A DNA stretch of 64,000 nt from the human T2T-CHM13v2.0 reference genome, Homo sapiens. The position numbers and the translations under genes are program-made. The stretch lies in NCBI RefSeq assembly GCF_009914755.1, contig NC_060942.1. One strand, 5' to 3'. Under the pieces are notes generated by a model. That model had not been told where the DNA came from. It did no database searches and saw only the letters and a list, made by a program, of their open reading frames with translations. This document shows positions 1 to 17,133 of the stretch, piece by piece; within the stretch, counting starts at the first letter, position 1, and every line of letters begins with the position of its first letter.

Positions 1-710
<710 letters not shown>

Positions 711-1224
711 GTTTATTTGAATCTCAACTCTGCCCTGCTTTTGCTAGCAATTTAGCCAAGGGCAGTTTTCATATCTTGTAAAATCGAAACAATTCTTACT
801 TTACAGGGTGGCGGTGAAAGTTAAATAAGACACTGTATGAAATGTGTGCCCCTGAAATTACAGTCTAATCCATTTACATTATCCTAGTTATCCAGGAGCC
901 TGTAGGTATAAAAAGCAAAAACAGGAGACATATTTGGTGAATAACAATGTTGAACTGAAACTTGTGACTTAAAAACAAATCCTCAGCTGAAAATAGCACC
1001 TAGGAGAGATTACCCTGCACTGGAAAGTGACATCAGAAACCATAGCCACAAACAATTTTCTCAAGATATGGAACTGATAGAAATCTCACAAAAGACAGCC
1101 TCAAAAAAGGGGTGTCTTTTATGCTAGCCGTCACTCTTTACCCTTAACTGGTCAGAATTTTGTGCTCTAGTCCCAAAGTTATTTTCAGATAGTCTGCACC
1201 TCCACGTTTATTCAAACAGTATTC

Positions 1225-2030
<806 letters not shown>

Positions 2031-2433
2031 AAATTAATAGTTAACATATTATATATATAGGTTAAGACATTGCAGTAGAAAAAAAAGACTGTAATAAGAT
2101 AAATTATAGGAAGAACATATTTAATTTTATTGACTTGTCCTAAGGTAAAGTTAATGCTTTTGGGGGGGCAGGAGTTTTTCCTTCCTCTTTTACATAGATG
2201 GATATCCAAGGAACTAAAAATAGATGACTTCCCCTTTTTTACTAGATCTTGCCCAATTAAGAAACCATTCCATTACACAAGCATTCCTTGGCTCCCCAGA
2301 TGTTGTTTTTCTGTTTGTAGTTTTCAATGATGTTGGTTAGAAATATATTGATTTGTTTAAAATGATTTCTGGGCTTCTGAGAAAGCAGACATATTTCCTT
2401 TTTATAACGATTTTCATTTGCCCTGTGCATGCC

Positions 2434-2436
<3 letters not shown>

Positions 2437-2478
<42 letters not shown>
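2437..2478. repeat. (GT)n microsatellite, about 21 units
   Basis: Direct reading of the sequence. Confidence 0.95.
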
Positions 2479-2479
<1 letters not shown>

Positions 2480-2626
2480 TATCAGTAATATCAGTAAAAC
2501 AATCTTGGACATTGTGACCAAATTACCATGGAAAGCCATAGCTCTATCCCTAAATCTAATTAGACACCTTTTATCACTGAGTGTTACATAGTCCTGAGAT
2601 TGGATGTTTATGAAAAGTATATTCAA

Positions 2627-2927
2627 GCCTGGGCACGGTGGCTCATGCCTATAATCTCAGCACTTGGGATGTGGAGGCGGGTGGATCACTTGAGGTCAGG
2701 ATTTCAAGACTAGCCTGGCCAATACGGTAAAACCTCATCTCTACTAAAAATACAAAAATTAGCTGGGCATGGTGGCATACACCTGTAATCCCAGCTACTT
2801 GGGTGACGCAGGAGACTCACTTGAAGCTGGGAGGCGGAGGTTGCAATGAGCCGACATCGCGCGATTGCACTCCAGCCTGGGCAACAGAGCCAGACTCTGT
2901 CTCAAAAATTTAAAAAAAAAAAAAAAA
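2627..2927 (+). mobile_element. AluS
   Basis: Full dimeric Alu with A-tail; TSD-like AAAAGTATATTCA / AAAAGCATATTCA. Confidence 0.9.
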
Positions 2928-3611
2928 GCATATTCAGGTGAGATGAAAAATCCATTTACATGTCTTAAGAACAAAAGAAATGCAAAATCAAGAGATCATT
3001 CAGGTAAGAATTGCAGAGCCCCACAGGTAGAAGAGCATGAAGTGAGAGGTCACAATAGGCTATAGACCCACAAATTATGAAGTCCCTGTTACAGACTATA
3101 AATAAGGCTCAGGATGCTCTGTCACCATGCCTGATGAGAGTCCAACGAGCATACCAATCCCAAAAATTACATGGAAAGATAAACCCCAGATTTAGATAGT
3201 CTGAAAAGATAGTTTCCTTTGTATTATATTTTTCTACCAGAAGAATGTGTATTAGGTATACAAATGTTTAAGAGAATAAAATCTTTAGGATTAATATACT
3301 GTGAGGAGAGTGTACCATATCTGGTATTCTATGTATGTTTAAGTAGAATGTGTAAGAAATTTGGACCTATATGTTATTATATGTAGTTAGTGTTTATGAA
3401 AGTTGGGCCTAATTTTAAATTACAGTTATTAAGGCAGCTCCTCCTTACTCCACTTTGGCTCAGCAGACTCCAAAGCCCTTATTCCCCACCTCCACACACT
3501 CTTCAAATATGAAAGTGATCTACACAGTGAGTCAGATCAGAACAGTTCAAGATCTAGTCAAAGGGACACCATTTAAGCCTGCACTGCATGACCATACAAG
3601 AGTGGTTGTTT

Positions 3612-3935
3612 GAACCAGGGGGCTCACACCTGTAATCCCAACACTTTGGGAGGCAAAGACAGGAGGATCGCTTGAGCTCAGAAGTTCAAGACCAGTCTGG
3701 GAAACAGAGCAAGACCCCACCTCCACAAAAAATATTTTAAAAAGTAGCTGAGTATGATGCCACATGCCTGTAGTTCATCCTAGCTACATGGGAGGCTGAG
3801 GCAGGAGGATGGTTTGAGCCTGAGAGGTTGAGGCTACAGTCAGTCGTGATGATGCCACTGCACTCCAGCCTGGGCCACTGAGCTAGACCCTTTGTTCAAA
3901 ACAAAACAAAACAAAACAAAACAAAACAAAACAAA
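3612..3935 (+). mobile_element. AluJ with (CAAAA)n tail
   Basis: Diverged Alu, GGAGGATCGCTTGAG left arm, pentamer-repeat tail. Confidence 0.85.
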
Positions 3936-4202
3936 ATGGTGGTCACTCAAAAGGTATCTTACTTCCACTGATGCCCATACTTAACATGGGCCAGCTCTGG
4001 GCACCCCTCCCACCCCCAAATGCCCAATTAATCAGCAGTGCTATTCACAGAGTAATATTAAGCATCCTGTTTGTTAATTTACTTACTTTACAATAGCACT
4101 TAGAACATTTAACATTTATCAAAACTTTCTACCTCTGTGGATTTTGTTAGGACTGAGAGCAAATCATGCTTTCCACTCACTTTCTTAAATAAAAATGATA
4201 AA

Positions 4203-4583
<381 letters not shown>

Positions 4584-4612
4584 TTACACTATCCCAACAG
4601 TTATCAGAGGTT

Positions 4613-4925
4613 TTGTTTTGTTTTGCTTTTGTTTTGTTTTTGAGACAGGGTCTTGCTCTGTCACTCAGGCTGGAGTGGAGTGGCGTGCTCTGGGCTCACT
4701 GCAATCTCCACCTCCTCGTCTCAAGCAATCCTCCCATCCCTGCCTCCTGAGTAGCTGAGATTTCAAGTGCATTCCACCACGCTGGGCTAATTTTGGTATT
4801 TTTTTGTAGACACCAGGTCTCACCATGTTGCCTAGGCTGGTCTGGAATGCCTGGGCTCAAGCAATCTGCCCACCTTTGCCTCCCAAAGTGCTGGGATTAC
4901 AGGTGTGAGCCACCATGCCTGCCAA
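4613..4925 (-). mobile_element. AluJ
   Basis: (GTTTT)n tail followed by antisense Alu body. Confidence 0.85.
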
Positions 4926-5070
4926 GGTTTTTTTTTTTTTAAACTGCTCTTGCATTTTCTTGTTTCCAATTGCTCTGTAAATGCTCTGACCTCAGTATGT
5001 TATGAACACAACAATGCCACCTCAATTCTCTTAGATTGCATGACACTAGTTTAAAAGTTAATGGTGAGGT

Positions 5071-5465
5071 ACTGGGCCCGGTGGCCCATGCCTATAATTC
5101 CAGTACTTTGGGAGGCTGAGGTGGGAGGATCACTTGGGGCCAGGAGTTTGAGACCAGCCTGGACAACATAGTGAGATCCCATTTCTACAAATAAATTTTT
5201 AAAGATTAGTTGGGCCTTGTGGTGCACGCTTGTAGTCCAGCCTGGACAAAATAGTGAGATTCCATTTCTACAAATAAATTTTTAAAGATTAGTTGGGCCT
5301 TGTGGTGCACACTTGTAGTCCCAGCTACTTGGGAGGCTGAGGCAGGAGGACCCCTTGAGCCCAGAAGTTCAAGGTTGCAATGAGCTGTTATCCACCACTG
5401 CACGCCAGCCTGGCTGAGAGTGAGATCCTGTCTCAACAAAATTAAAATTTAAATAAAAAAATAAA
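5071..5465 (+). mobile_element. AluJ carrying an internal 83-bp tandem duplication
   Basis: 5154-5236 is repeated at 5237-5319. Confidence 0.85.
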
Positions 5466-5494
5466 ATGAGAATTAACAGTGAGGGAGGCTAGAG

Positions 5495-5655
5495 GGGCTT
5501 CTTGAACTTTAAGGTGAATATGAATCCCATGAAAATCTTGTTAAAATGCAGATTCTGACTCAGCCAGCCTGGATCAGGGCCTGAGATTCTGCATTTTAAT
5601 TCAGCTCCTAGAAGATGCAGATGTCCTTACACCCCTTCTCATACTGAGTGGCAAG
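5495..5655. mobile_element. MER5A-like hAT DNA transposon relic
   Basis: CTTGTTAAAATGCAGATTCTGACTCAG...GGGCCTGAGATTCTGCATTTTAA is the typical MER5A core. Confidence 0.65.
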
Positions 5656-6091
5656 GATGGTAGCAGTGAGTTAGACCAAGCCAGAACTAGAGTTTAATTT
5701 TGCTCTGGAGGCAAAAATGCATAGGGCAAGATCTCACAAGAAAAGTAAAGGCATTCTGTATGTGGGATTTTCCTTTCCTAAAAACCATTCTGGGGTGGGG
5801 GTGTGTGCAAGTTTTTCCCAAGTCACACAACACTGATGAATCTGCTATATTTGAACTACCCCCTTTTCTTAGATCTCTGTCATTCAGCGTATTAATGGTG
5901 ATTCCACTGCAGATTGCCTGGATCCCTTGAAATTTGGGTAAAATAAAGAGGCTCTGGCTGGGTGTGGTGGCTCACGCTTGTAATCCCAGCACTTTGGGAG
6001 GCCGAGGAAGGTAGATTACCTGAGCTCAGGGGTTCAAGACCAGCCTGGCCAACACAGTGAAACCCCTTCTCTACTAATAATACAAAAATTA

Positions 6092-6245
<154 letters not shown>

Positions 6246-7592
6246 TTATCTTCCCAAGGTGGAATCCAGTGAAGTTTGGCCTAGTAGTTGTTTATTTAAA
6301 TAAACTCTTCTGGTAATAAACCTTCAGGGCAGGGAATTTTGAGGCTAAGATGAAAGAAAGCCCTGGCTGAAGAAACAATGACCAAAGCCACTCAATTGTC
6401 ACTTCAGTGCTGGTGAGTGTGGATGCAGGTGCCCAGTAAGGCCAGACAGCAACATCCCTCAGGGTGAGTTATGACCCAGGCATCAAAGGAGGCCACCTCA
6501 ACGCCCAGCTGCCAGGAGGAACATGATAGTCAAAGGAAAAAACAAGGGTGGGGCCCGTGTGAAGAGGCAAAATATATTCTCACTTTCATCAGGAGCTAGG
6601 ATCGACTGGGTGGATTACCCAGCCCTTGGCTAGAGTTCTGGAGGATTCAGATTAGAGATGCTGGATCAAAACAACGGAAGAAAAGGCTGTACAGAGCCAT
6701 TCTGTAAGCACAGGCCAAATTTTACTATTTGCTGCTCTACCTAATGTTGTGATTACTACTGAGTGCTTCCTCTCTTTGTTTGTTCTTCTGAGCCAACCTT
6801 TGTCCTCTCTGCCTAGACACTCATTTTCCTGGTAGGACACTCTGAGTTCCGGAAAGACGACAAGATGAATAACTAAGGCTCAGGGAGAGATAAATACTGC
6901 CCCGTCTGCAAAACCACAATGCCTGGCAACCACCTAGAGCCCCACACTTGGAAACAGAAAGAAATCCTGGGGTTTCTAGAAACCAAACCCACTGGGACCA
7001 TACAACTTCAGACAAAGCTGTGGCCTCACTTGAGCATAGCTTACAACTCTCTAACGTTGATCACAGCAGAAGCCCCATGGCCATATGTACTGTAGCAGTT
7101 GGGGAGGGCGTGAGGTGGAAAAAAAAAAGTTTAAAAAAAAAGTTTCCATTCTTTTGAAGCCTGAGTTGAAATAAGGAGAGGGGAAGAAGCTGAGAAAAGC
7201 AGGAACTAATCGGGCAGCTGACTCACAGGGGCAGAATCTCAGGTTCATTTGCTCTCAGCAGAAAATTATCTCTCTCCAGTCAGTTCCACTGTTTTCACTC
7301 ATCGAGCTGATAGCCTAAAAATAGAGATTAATGTGGAACATTATCTTTTAAAAATGCACCTCCCTCTGGGAATGGTAATAAGCCATCAGCCATTCACACA
7401 TTGTTGTGAATTAGTTTAATTTAGTGAGTGGGAATTAGAATGGAGGAAATTTAGAAAGTAAGTAATCAGCCTTTATTTAACACATGAGGAAATCATGGTC
7501 CAGAGATGGGAGCTTCTGGGCTTGAGCTCGCACAGAAGGTAAACAGCAAACAGAGTTAAACAGCAACTACTACTCTCCCGGGTCTCCTGTGA

Positions 7593-7829
<237 letters not shown>

Positions 7830-8839
7830 TAAAATAGTCATCTGCTGAGCATCCCTAGCATGCCAAGTGCAGGAGTAAGAGCTGGAGACACAATAGATGT
7901 GGCTGTCACCTCATGGAGCTTATAGTCCAGCTGGGAGACTGGTAAGTGAATACAGGATCAAGGACCACTCCCCAGTAAATGAAGCAACTCTGACCTCTGC
8001 TAGGTTATGAAGAAAGAAAACAAGACATAGAGATCAAGAAGGAGAATGATTTCAGATTAGGTGGCAGAAGAGGCCTCAGGGCATTTCAGCTGGGATCTGG
8101 AGGATGCAAAGGTGCTAACCTCGACAGGAGGGTGTGAATACATGTAAAAGTTTGAGGAAAGAAAGCTGCATGTCGTCCAGTAACTGACAAAAGTTCGCGG
8201 TGCTTTACATTGGACTTTCAAGATCTGGCTTCAAACCCTGGCTCCATAACCTACCAGCTCTGTGGCCTATGTATCTCCTGAGCTCGGGGATTTTGAGGTC
8301 ATAAGAGATAGTGGTTAGAGATATTGTCTTCATCTAATGGCCTTTGAGATTAGAATTCATCCATTTACATTTCACTTGACTTCTGTTTTGGATACTTATT
8401 GCTAAGTTTCCTATGCTATACAGTGACATTTTTCAGTTCTGAGGAATATAAAAATGTCTTTTACTCTCACACTGACTTTCCAAACTCTAATACTTCGACA
8501 TTGCTAACTCTGTGACTTCATTTTAAGATCTTGACACGGTTCCAATTATATATTATATCTTTATTTCATTGTAGTGTTGCTTGATAGTACTGAAAAAGAT
8601 ACTAATACACTTGACTCTGATTTTAATATCACCCTTTGCTCTGTATTTTAATTTCTGCTGCCACTAACAAATGGTAGCCTCTGTGAATTTCTGAAACTGC
8701 CCCTTAGAGACGGAATGAAATGGATACCATTTGGAGATCACTGGAAAAGCTCAAAGCAAAATTTATTTTATTGTTCTGTTGTTTTATTGTGAGTCCCATT
8801 AGATGGTTCCTGCCCCATCCAATCTTTCTTATTTATTTA

Positions 8840-9350
8840 TTTAAACCTTCGGTTGATGTGTAACATACAGAAAACAGTGTCATAAATTTTCACAAATTGA
8901 AGACACATATGCAAACAGCAGTGACCCAGTTAAGAGATGGAATGTTATCAACACTCCAGAAGCCCTTCTTTGACCCCTTAAGTTACAAAACCTTGTAAGG
9001 GGGACCACTATTATGACTTCTAATGTCTTACAGTAGTTTTGCCTGCCTTTGAACCTTTTATAAATGAACCCACAAAGTATGTACTCTTCTGTGTCTGACT
9101 TCTTTCACTCCACATGTTTGTCATATTCATTCACATTCTTGCCCATAGTTACAGATCACTTATTGTAGTTGCTATACAGTATTTCACTGTGGGAAAATAC
9201 TACAATTTATGCATTTTATAGTGGTTGGGCGTTTAGACAGGGTTCCAGCTTGGGGCCACTACAATTAGGGCTGCTATGAATATTCTTGGACATGCCTTTT
9301 GGTGAACATGTACGTACATTTCTATTTATAACTGAGAAGGAAATAACTTG
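8840..9350 (-). mobile_element. Old L1M(C/E) 3' fragment
   Basis: GTATGTACTCTTCTGTGTCTGACTTCTTTCACTC..., GGGCTGCTATGAATATTCTTG are antisense L1M 3' UTR motifs. Confidence 0.65.
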
Positions 9351-10907
9351 GACCACATAAATTTGAATTTTATTTGCATATTCTTTGAGCAATTAACACA
9401 AACATATGCTTTAAAATATTCAAAAGTTACAGAAGAGTGTACAATAGAAAATAGTTGTCCCTTCTACTCCTGCCCACCAACCACTCCATTCTCCTTCTGA
9501 GAAGCTTACTGTTATCCATTTCTCATGAAAACAACAACAAAAACAACAACAAAAATATATATATATATATGTAGCACTGGGCACAGTGGCTCACACCTGT
9601 GGCACTTTGAGAGGCTGGGGCGGGCAGATCACTTGAGCTGAGGAGCTCGAGACCAGCCTGGCCAACATTACGAGACCCAGTCTCTACTAAAAATGCAAAA
9701 ATCAGCCAGGTGTGGTGGCACATGACTGTAGTCCCAGCTACTTGGGAGGCAGAGGCACGAGAATCACTTGAATCCAGTCAGCGGAGGTTGCAGTGAGCCG
9801 TGATCGCACCACTGAACTCCAGCCTAGGCAACAGAGCGAGACTCTGTCTCAATAAATAAATAAATAAATAAATAAATAAAAAATAGCTTTTTTTCTTTTT
9901 GTTTTTGGAACTATCACATTTTATCGGTTGCAATCACATCTTTATAAACACATCCTAATTGATTGAACTGCGGTCCTAATAATACTAATAAACCATGTGT
10001 GACATAGTTTACAACATACTTTTATCTACTCTCGCTATTTAATCTTCCCCCCCAAACTGAGGAGGTAAGCACAGAGTTAAGACAACCATTTAACAGATGG
10101 GATAACTAAGCCCCAGGGAAGTCGATCCTTTGCCTAAGAACATGTTGGGTTTCCAATGGCAGAATTAGGAGTAAATCCAGATTTCTGGCTAAAACTAAGT
10201 AACTAGTTTTAGTTACTTCCTGCATTAAGGAATCAGAGTTAATATCTGACAGCAACAATGTCAAAACTGACAGTGCCTGGTACGTAGAGCTGCTGTGTCT
10301 CTTGGGAGCCAAAGCCGCCCAGGGAATCTGTGCTGGACCCAAGCCTCCTTTAGCCCAAAGCTCCAGAGCTCCAATAGGGCAGAGTTCCTGGGACCCTGAA
10401 AGGAGAGGGGGAAACTCTCATGGCTCCCGACGAAAGTTGGAGATCCCATGCTCCTCTCCTGCCAGAAAGTCACTGAATCAGATAAATGTGGGTATGTGGT
10501 TTTTGCCTTTTCCCCAAAAGACAGCTTTAAAAGAATTACCTACTGATGATGACCGAGCTAACTCATCTCCACTCCCCAGCCTGTTTGTGCACTTGAGGTC
10601 TCATATTCAGAAAGTGATTCATTTCCTCTTTTTTAGTTTCCTTTCTCTCTTTTTTTTTTTCTTCTCTGAAACAAAAATGCTTTTGTTTATAATCAAAGAA
10701 TTCTGGTTGCAATTTGGCCTGTCATGTTTCCACCCAAGCACTGTGGCTTGCAAGGTTTCCCAGGAACGGCTTCTGTGTTTGAAATGAAGAATATGCCATT
10801 TTAAAATTTATTCCAGGGACTTTTAGGGTGGAACTGCCCCACTTACTTGCCCTATTCCCCTCATTTTAGGAATGGTCTTTTGACTTTTTTCATAGTGTTA
10901 TTTTACT

Positions 10908-11517
10908 TGTTATATGTAAAATGTTTATTTGGAAACAGAATGTTTGTTCCCTGGTGCTACAAAGAAATAGCACTTGAACATAAATTTAATTTTCTTACTA
11001 AGGCCATTTTTACTTTCTGCAGAAAGGGTGCCCGTCACAGATGGAACAATGGCGACAGCACATCCAAACAAAGGAGGGAAGCAATTTTTATTCCTTAAGT
11101 AGTTTGTCCCTGCTACTGTGTCCTGTCTCCATTGGCTGGAGTCAGACAGCACAGTCTAAACTAAAACCCGATTGACTAACAGTTTGAAACTTTTTTAAAT
11201 AGGTAAAAGTAATGGAAAGACAAAGGAAAAGAGGAAGTTGCTTATGCCAAATAGGGAAGGGGCATAGGCTGCGAGCTGGAAGGTGCCTGTGAGCATGTCC
11301 AGCACAAATATCTTGGTTAAGGTACAAGGACATAGAATGTACTACGTGCCTGTGAGCATAACAGCTACATAGGAGTGGACCTAACAAAGAGTTATTAGCA
11401 TAAAGTGAGGAGGCTTGAAGGAAGTTAGTCTTTAAAAGAAATTATTATTTTTATCATTTATGATTTATTTTTTAACAAGAAGGGAAACTTTGAAGAGGAA
11501 ACTTTTTACTTTCTACA
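10908..11517 (-). mobile_element. Solo LTR of the LTR10 family (HERV-I/HERVIP10, ERV1)
   Basis: TG...CA termini; the - strand starts TGTAGAAAGTAAAAAGTTTCCTCTTCAAAGTTTCCC (LTR10 5' end from memory). Perfect 5-bp TSD TTACT at 10903-10907 and 11518-11522. Confidence 0.85.
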
Positions 11518-11776
11518 TTACTGATCCAAACTTTCATATTCCTAGGAAGTCAAATGTGTCCTTGGGATTTAGTCTTCACAGTAGGCTTTCAAAATCCAGT
11601 CCAATCCTAAAATGATGAAAATACTCACCTATGATTTATTTAAGCATGTTTTAACATGTTTGATATTTATATTTAAATGTGAAATTTTGGAATTTGTTTT
11701 GATGCAGATAATGAGGTAGGAAACTGACATTAATTATTTTTTCTGAATGTATAATCAATTGTCTCAAAACCACTTA

Positions 11777-12091
<315 letters not shown>

Positions 12092-12901
12092 TTATGGAAT
12101 AATCAGTTCATTTTGTCTTCACTGAATTGAAATGCCACCTCCATCATATACATCATTCCCACATTTTGAGGTCTGTATCTTTAGCTCTCTGCTCTGCGGA
12201 ACTATTTAATACTGTGTTTATATTTGCTTTGTAATATTTTAACGGGTAGGGGTGGTTGTCTGTGGGCTTTTTACATTCCTAAAAAAGTCTTCATGGCATT
12301 CTAATTGGACTTGCATTGTGTTCATAGAATAATTGGGCAGAGGAATGTCTTCTCATTCAGAAATCCTTCTTCCATTATGTCCTTCAGGACACAACCAGGA
12401 TTCTTGATTTAGGTTTTGCATACGCCTTAGTAAGCATATTGATAATTTTCATTTTTTTCAGAGATGGGTTCTTGCTCTGTTGCCCAGGCTGTAGTGTAGT
12501 GGTACCATCATAGCTCACTGCAACTTCAAACTCCTGGACTCAAGCCATCCTCTTGCCTCAGCCTCCTAAGTAGGTGGGACTACAGCTGTGAGCCACCACA
12601 CCGAGCCTATACATATATATATTTTTGTTACTAATTGAATGGTGCTTTTTTAAAACATTGATTTTTCTAACCGATTATGACTGAACTATAGCCTGTTATT
12701 GCTGGACTAAAACAGACTATAAGAAGGCTGTTTTATTTTTCTTTTCTTTTTTAGAGATGGGATTTCACTATGTTGCCCAGGCTGGTCTCGAACTCCTGGG
12801 CTCAACTGGTCCTCCTCCATTACTCTCCCAAGTAGCTAGGATTACAGGCACAAGCCACTGAGCTCAGAGTCCAAGTCTGTTTAAAAAACTAATGTGGTAT
12901 C

Positions 12902-13366
<465 letters not shown>

Positions 13367-14611
13367 TCATCTGTCCCCTTCTCCATTTCGATGGTTTGGG
13401 GCATGTCCTCCTGGGCACTGGCCCCTCCCCCACCCTATCTGGGCATAAGAACAAACTGTCACTCACTTTTTCCCTTTTGCTGTGGCAATTGGATTTGATG
13501 CTAGGGCAACTGGAGAACTCTGACAACATTTAAACAGAGAAGAGACTCTGTCTTTTAAAAATAAAAATCTGGTTTGGGCCTGGTGGCTCACACCTGTGAT
13601 CCCAGCACTTTGGGAGACTGAGATGGTAGGATTGCTTGAAGCCAGGAGTTTGAGACCAGCTAAGGCAACATAGCAAGATCCCACCTCTACAAGAAATAAA
13701 AGGTTAGCTGGGTGTTGTGGCACATGCTTGTAGTCCCAGCTACTCTGGAGGCGTAGGTGGGGAGGATCACGTGCGCCTAGGAGTTCGAGGCTGCAGTGAG
13801 CTATGATGGTACCACTGCTTCCATCCTCGGAACAGAGTGAGACCCTGTCGCAAATAAATAAATAAATAAATAAATAAACAAAAATAATCAAAAACAAATT
13901 AAAGACAAAAATTGATCACTTTGAAGCCATGGAGAGAAGAGTTTTAAGAAGGGACCTGGGAACATTTGAATTAAAGAAAAGTACTCTGGCTGCAGCGAGA
14001 ATAGATGGAAAAAGGGGCAGGTTTGGAAGCGGGAAGGCCAAAAAGGAGGCACCTGCAGTGGTTCAGGCCAGAGGAAGTGATGTCCTAGACTGTGGAAAGA
14101 AATGAACACAGCCCAGGGATATTCAAGATGACTTCGCCCTGATTGGCTGTGGGGTGAAAAAGAGGGAGGGGCGGAGAGGGAGACCTGGGCCTCCGGCTGG
14201 AACAACTGGAGGGATGTTGAAGATGGTCCTGGGTGTGGAAACCACGAACCTACCTGGAGGATGAAGGAGGAAGGTGCTCAGTGCGTTTCAGAAAGAAGGC
14301 CGGGGAGGTTGGATCAGATGTCCTGATCTCCCAGTGCCTTCGCAAGGTCTGCAGTTGCTCTGTTTTTATTTTTTAATTTCATTTCATTATTATTTTTTGA
14401 GACAGGTTCTTGCTCTATCACCCAGGCTCTGAAACCCCATCTCTACCAAATATACAAAAAGTAGCCGGTCATGGTGGCTCACGCCTATAGTCCCAACTAC
14501 TCGGGAGGCCGAAGTGGGAGAATGGTTTGAGCCTGGGAAGCAGAGGTTGTAGTGAGCCGAGATGGAGCCATTCACTCCAGCTTGGGCAACAGAGCCATAC
14601 CCCATCACAGA

Positions 14612-14634
14612 AAGACAGACAGATATAGATAGAC

Positions 14635-14680
<46 letters not shown>
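14612..14680. repeat. (GATA)n/(GACA)n tetranucleotide microsatellite derived from an Alu tail
   Basis: Direct reading; follows a 5'-truncated + strand Alu at 14430-14605. Confidence 0.9.
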
Positions 14681-16378
14681 GATGCAGCCTCCCTTAGCTT
14701 CCAATCTATCTGCTGCAGTGAAATTATACCTCTTACTAAAGGCAGCAATCACTGATTATCTACACAGCTGGGTAATAATTCTGCATGTTAGTAGTAACAC
14801 TCAAAGCTTCTGCAGACTCAAAGCATCTTCCAATTATCTGTTCCCTTCTCAACACATGTATCTTGTCTTGTTCCTGCTGGCTCTTGTAAATCATGACTAT
14901 CTTTTCCCTATTCCACGGGGCAAATGCTATGGGGCAATTGTATTCGTGTGTGTATGTATTATTACTGTTTTCATTCTTTTTGCCTAAGGCTATTTATCCA
15001 GGAGGCCTAGGATTCTTTTGCCTCCTGAGGATAATAAACAGGACTTTTTATTTTTCCTTTCCCTACATAATTTATTTAAATTGTAAAACAGGCCGGTGTG
15101 GAGGCTCACGCCTGCAATCCCAGAACTTTGGGAGGCCGAGGTGGTTGGATCACTTGAGGCTAAGAGTTCGAGACCAGCCTGGCCAACATGGTGAAACCCT
15201 GTCTCTACTAAAAATACAAAAATTAGTCAGGTGTAGCGGTGCACGCCTGTAGTCCCAGCTACTCGGGAGGCTGAGACATGAGAATGGCTTTAACCAGGAG
15301 GTGGAGGTTGCAGTGAGCCGAGATCACGCCACTGTACTCTAGCCTGGGTGACAGAGCAAGACTTCGTCGCCAAAAAGAAAAAAACAAAAAAACAAAAAAA
15401 CTGTAAACCATAACACTAAACCAGAAAAGCACATAAAGTATAAATGTGCAGATTGGTAATTCATTTTACATTATTTGTTACTATTAATAAATCATTATAA
15501 ATTTTTTCACTTAACTGTTTGTAAAAATATTTCCATGTCACATAATTTCACCCAAAAATTATAATCTATTTTCTATTATCTGCTGCTAATTCAGAGGTAC
15601 TGTCTTTAACTAGACTGTGAGCCACTTGAGGTCAGGTATCATTTCTTAAGTGCCTTTTCATTCTCTCCATTAGTGTCTCTATGTAACCCGAGAAGCTTTT
15701 TAAAGTGAAAATACCAAGTCTGAGGAAAGGTCTGTATTTTAAATAACCTCATCAATTAGTTCTGAGGTTGTACAGGAGCTACTCTTAGACAACCATTGCT
15801 TTCTACTCTCCCCTAAGAATAAATTACATAACTAGTAGTTCTTCAGTAACTACCTAAAAATCATTTTATTATCACCAGACATTAACGGTTCTGATAAATA
15901 CAGCACTTACTAAGTCTCTTCAATTAAATCTTCTAAACTAATTGGATATATTTCTTTGCTAAAAGTCAATAATTAAGCTAATTTAAATACTCAGGCAGTA
16001 CTGACAAACTCCCTTCATTTCCAGGGGTAGCTTCTGAAACATACCTCTTCCTGCTTCTCTTCTGAAATCTTTGCAGAAAAAGAACAAAAGCACAAACATG
16101 CTCAATAGCCATCATCTACAATAATCCAGAAGGCCGGGGAAAAGTTAATAACATGAGAGAATAAAATGAAGAAGAGAGACTTTGGGTGCTGAATGTACTG
16201 AATTATCCAAAGAGAAAAGTAGAAGAGGCAATGAAAAGCAAGACAGAGCCAGCCTGAGGGGGTCAACTTTTAGTACTTTTTTCTCTCCCTCAGAAGCATA
16301 AATACAACTAAGTTGTATCTAGATTTCAAAAGGAATTAAACTGAAATTAATCTGCAAGTAACAAAGAGAAAGGAGGAA

Positions 16379-17133
<755 letters not shown>

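Noticed and set aside
10302-10787. 161-aa ORF
   Set aside because: TTG start, runs through a poly-T tract, no recognisable homology.
13399-13408. Perfect p53 half-site GGGCATGTCC (also AAACATGCTC at 16094-16103)
   Set aside because: Isolated half-sites with no partner; several are expected by chance in 64 kb.
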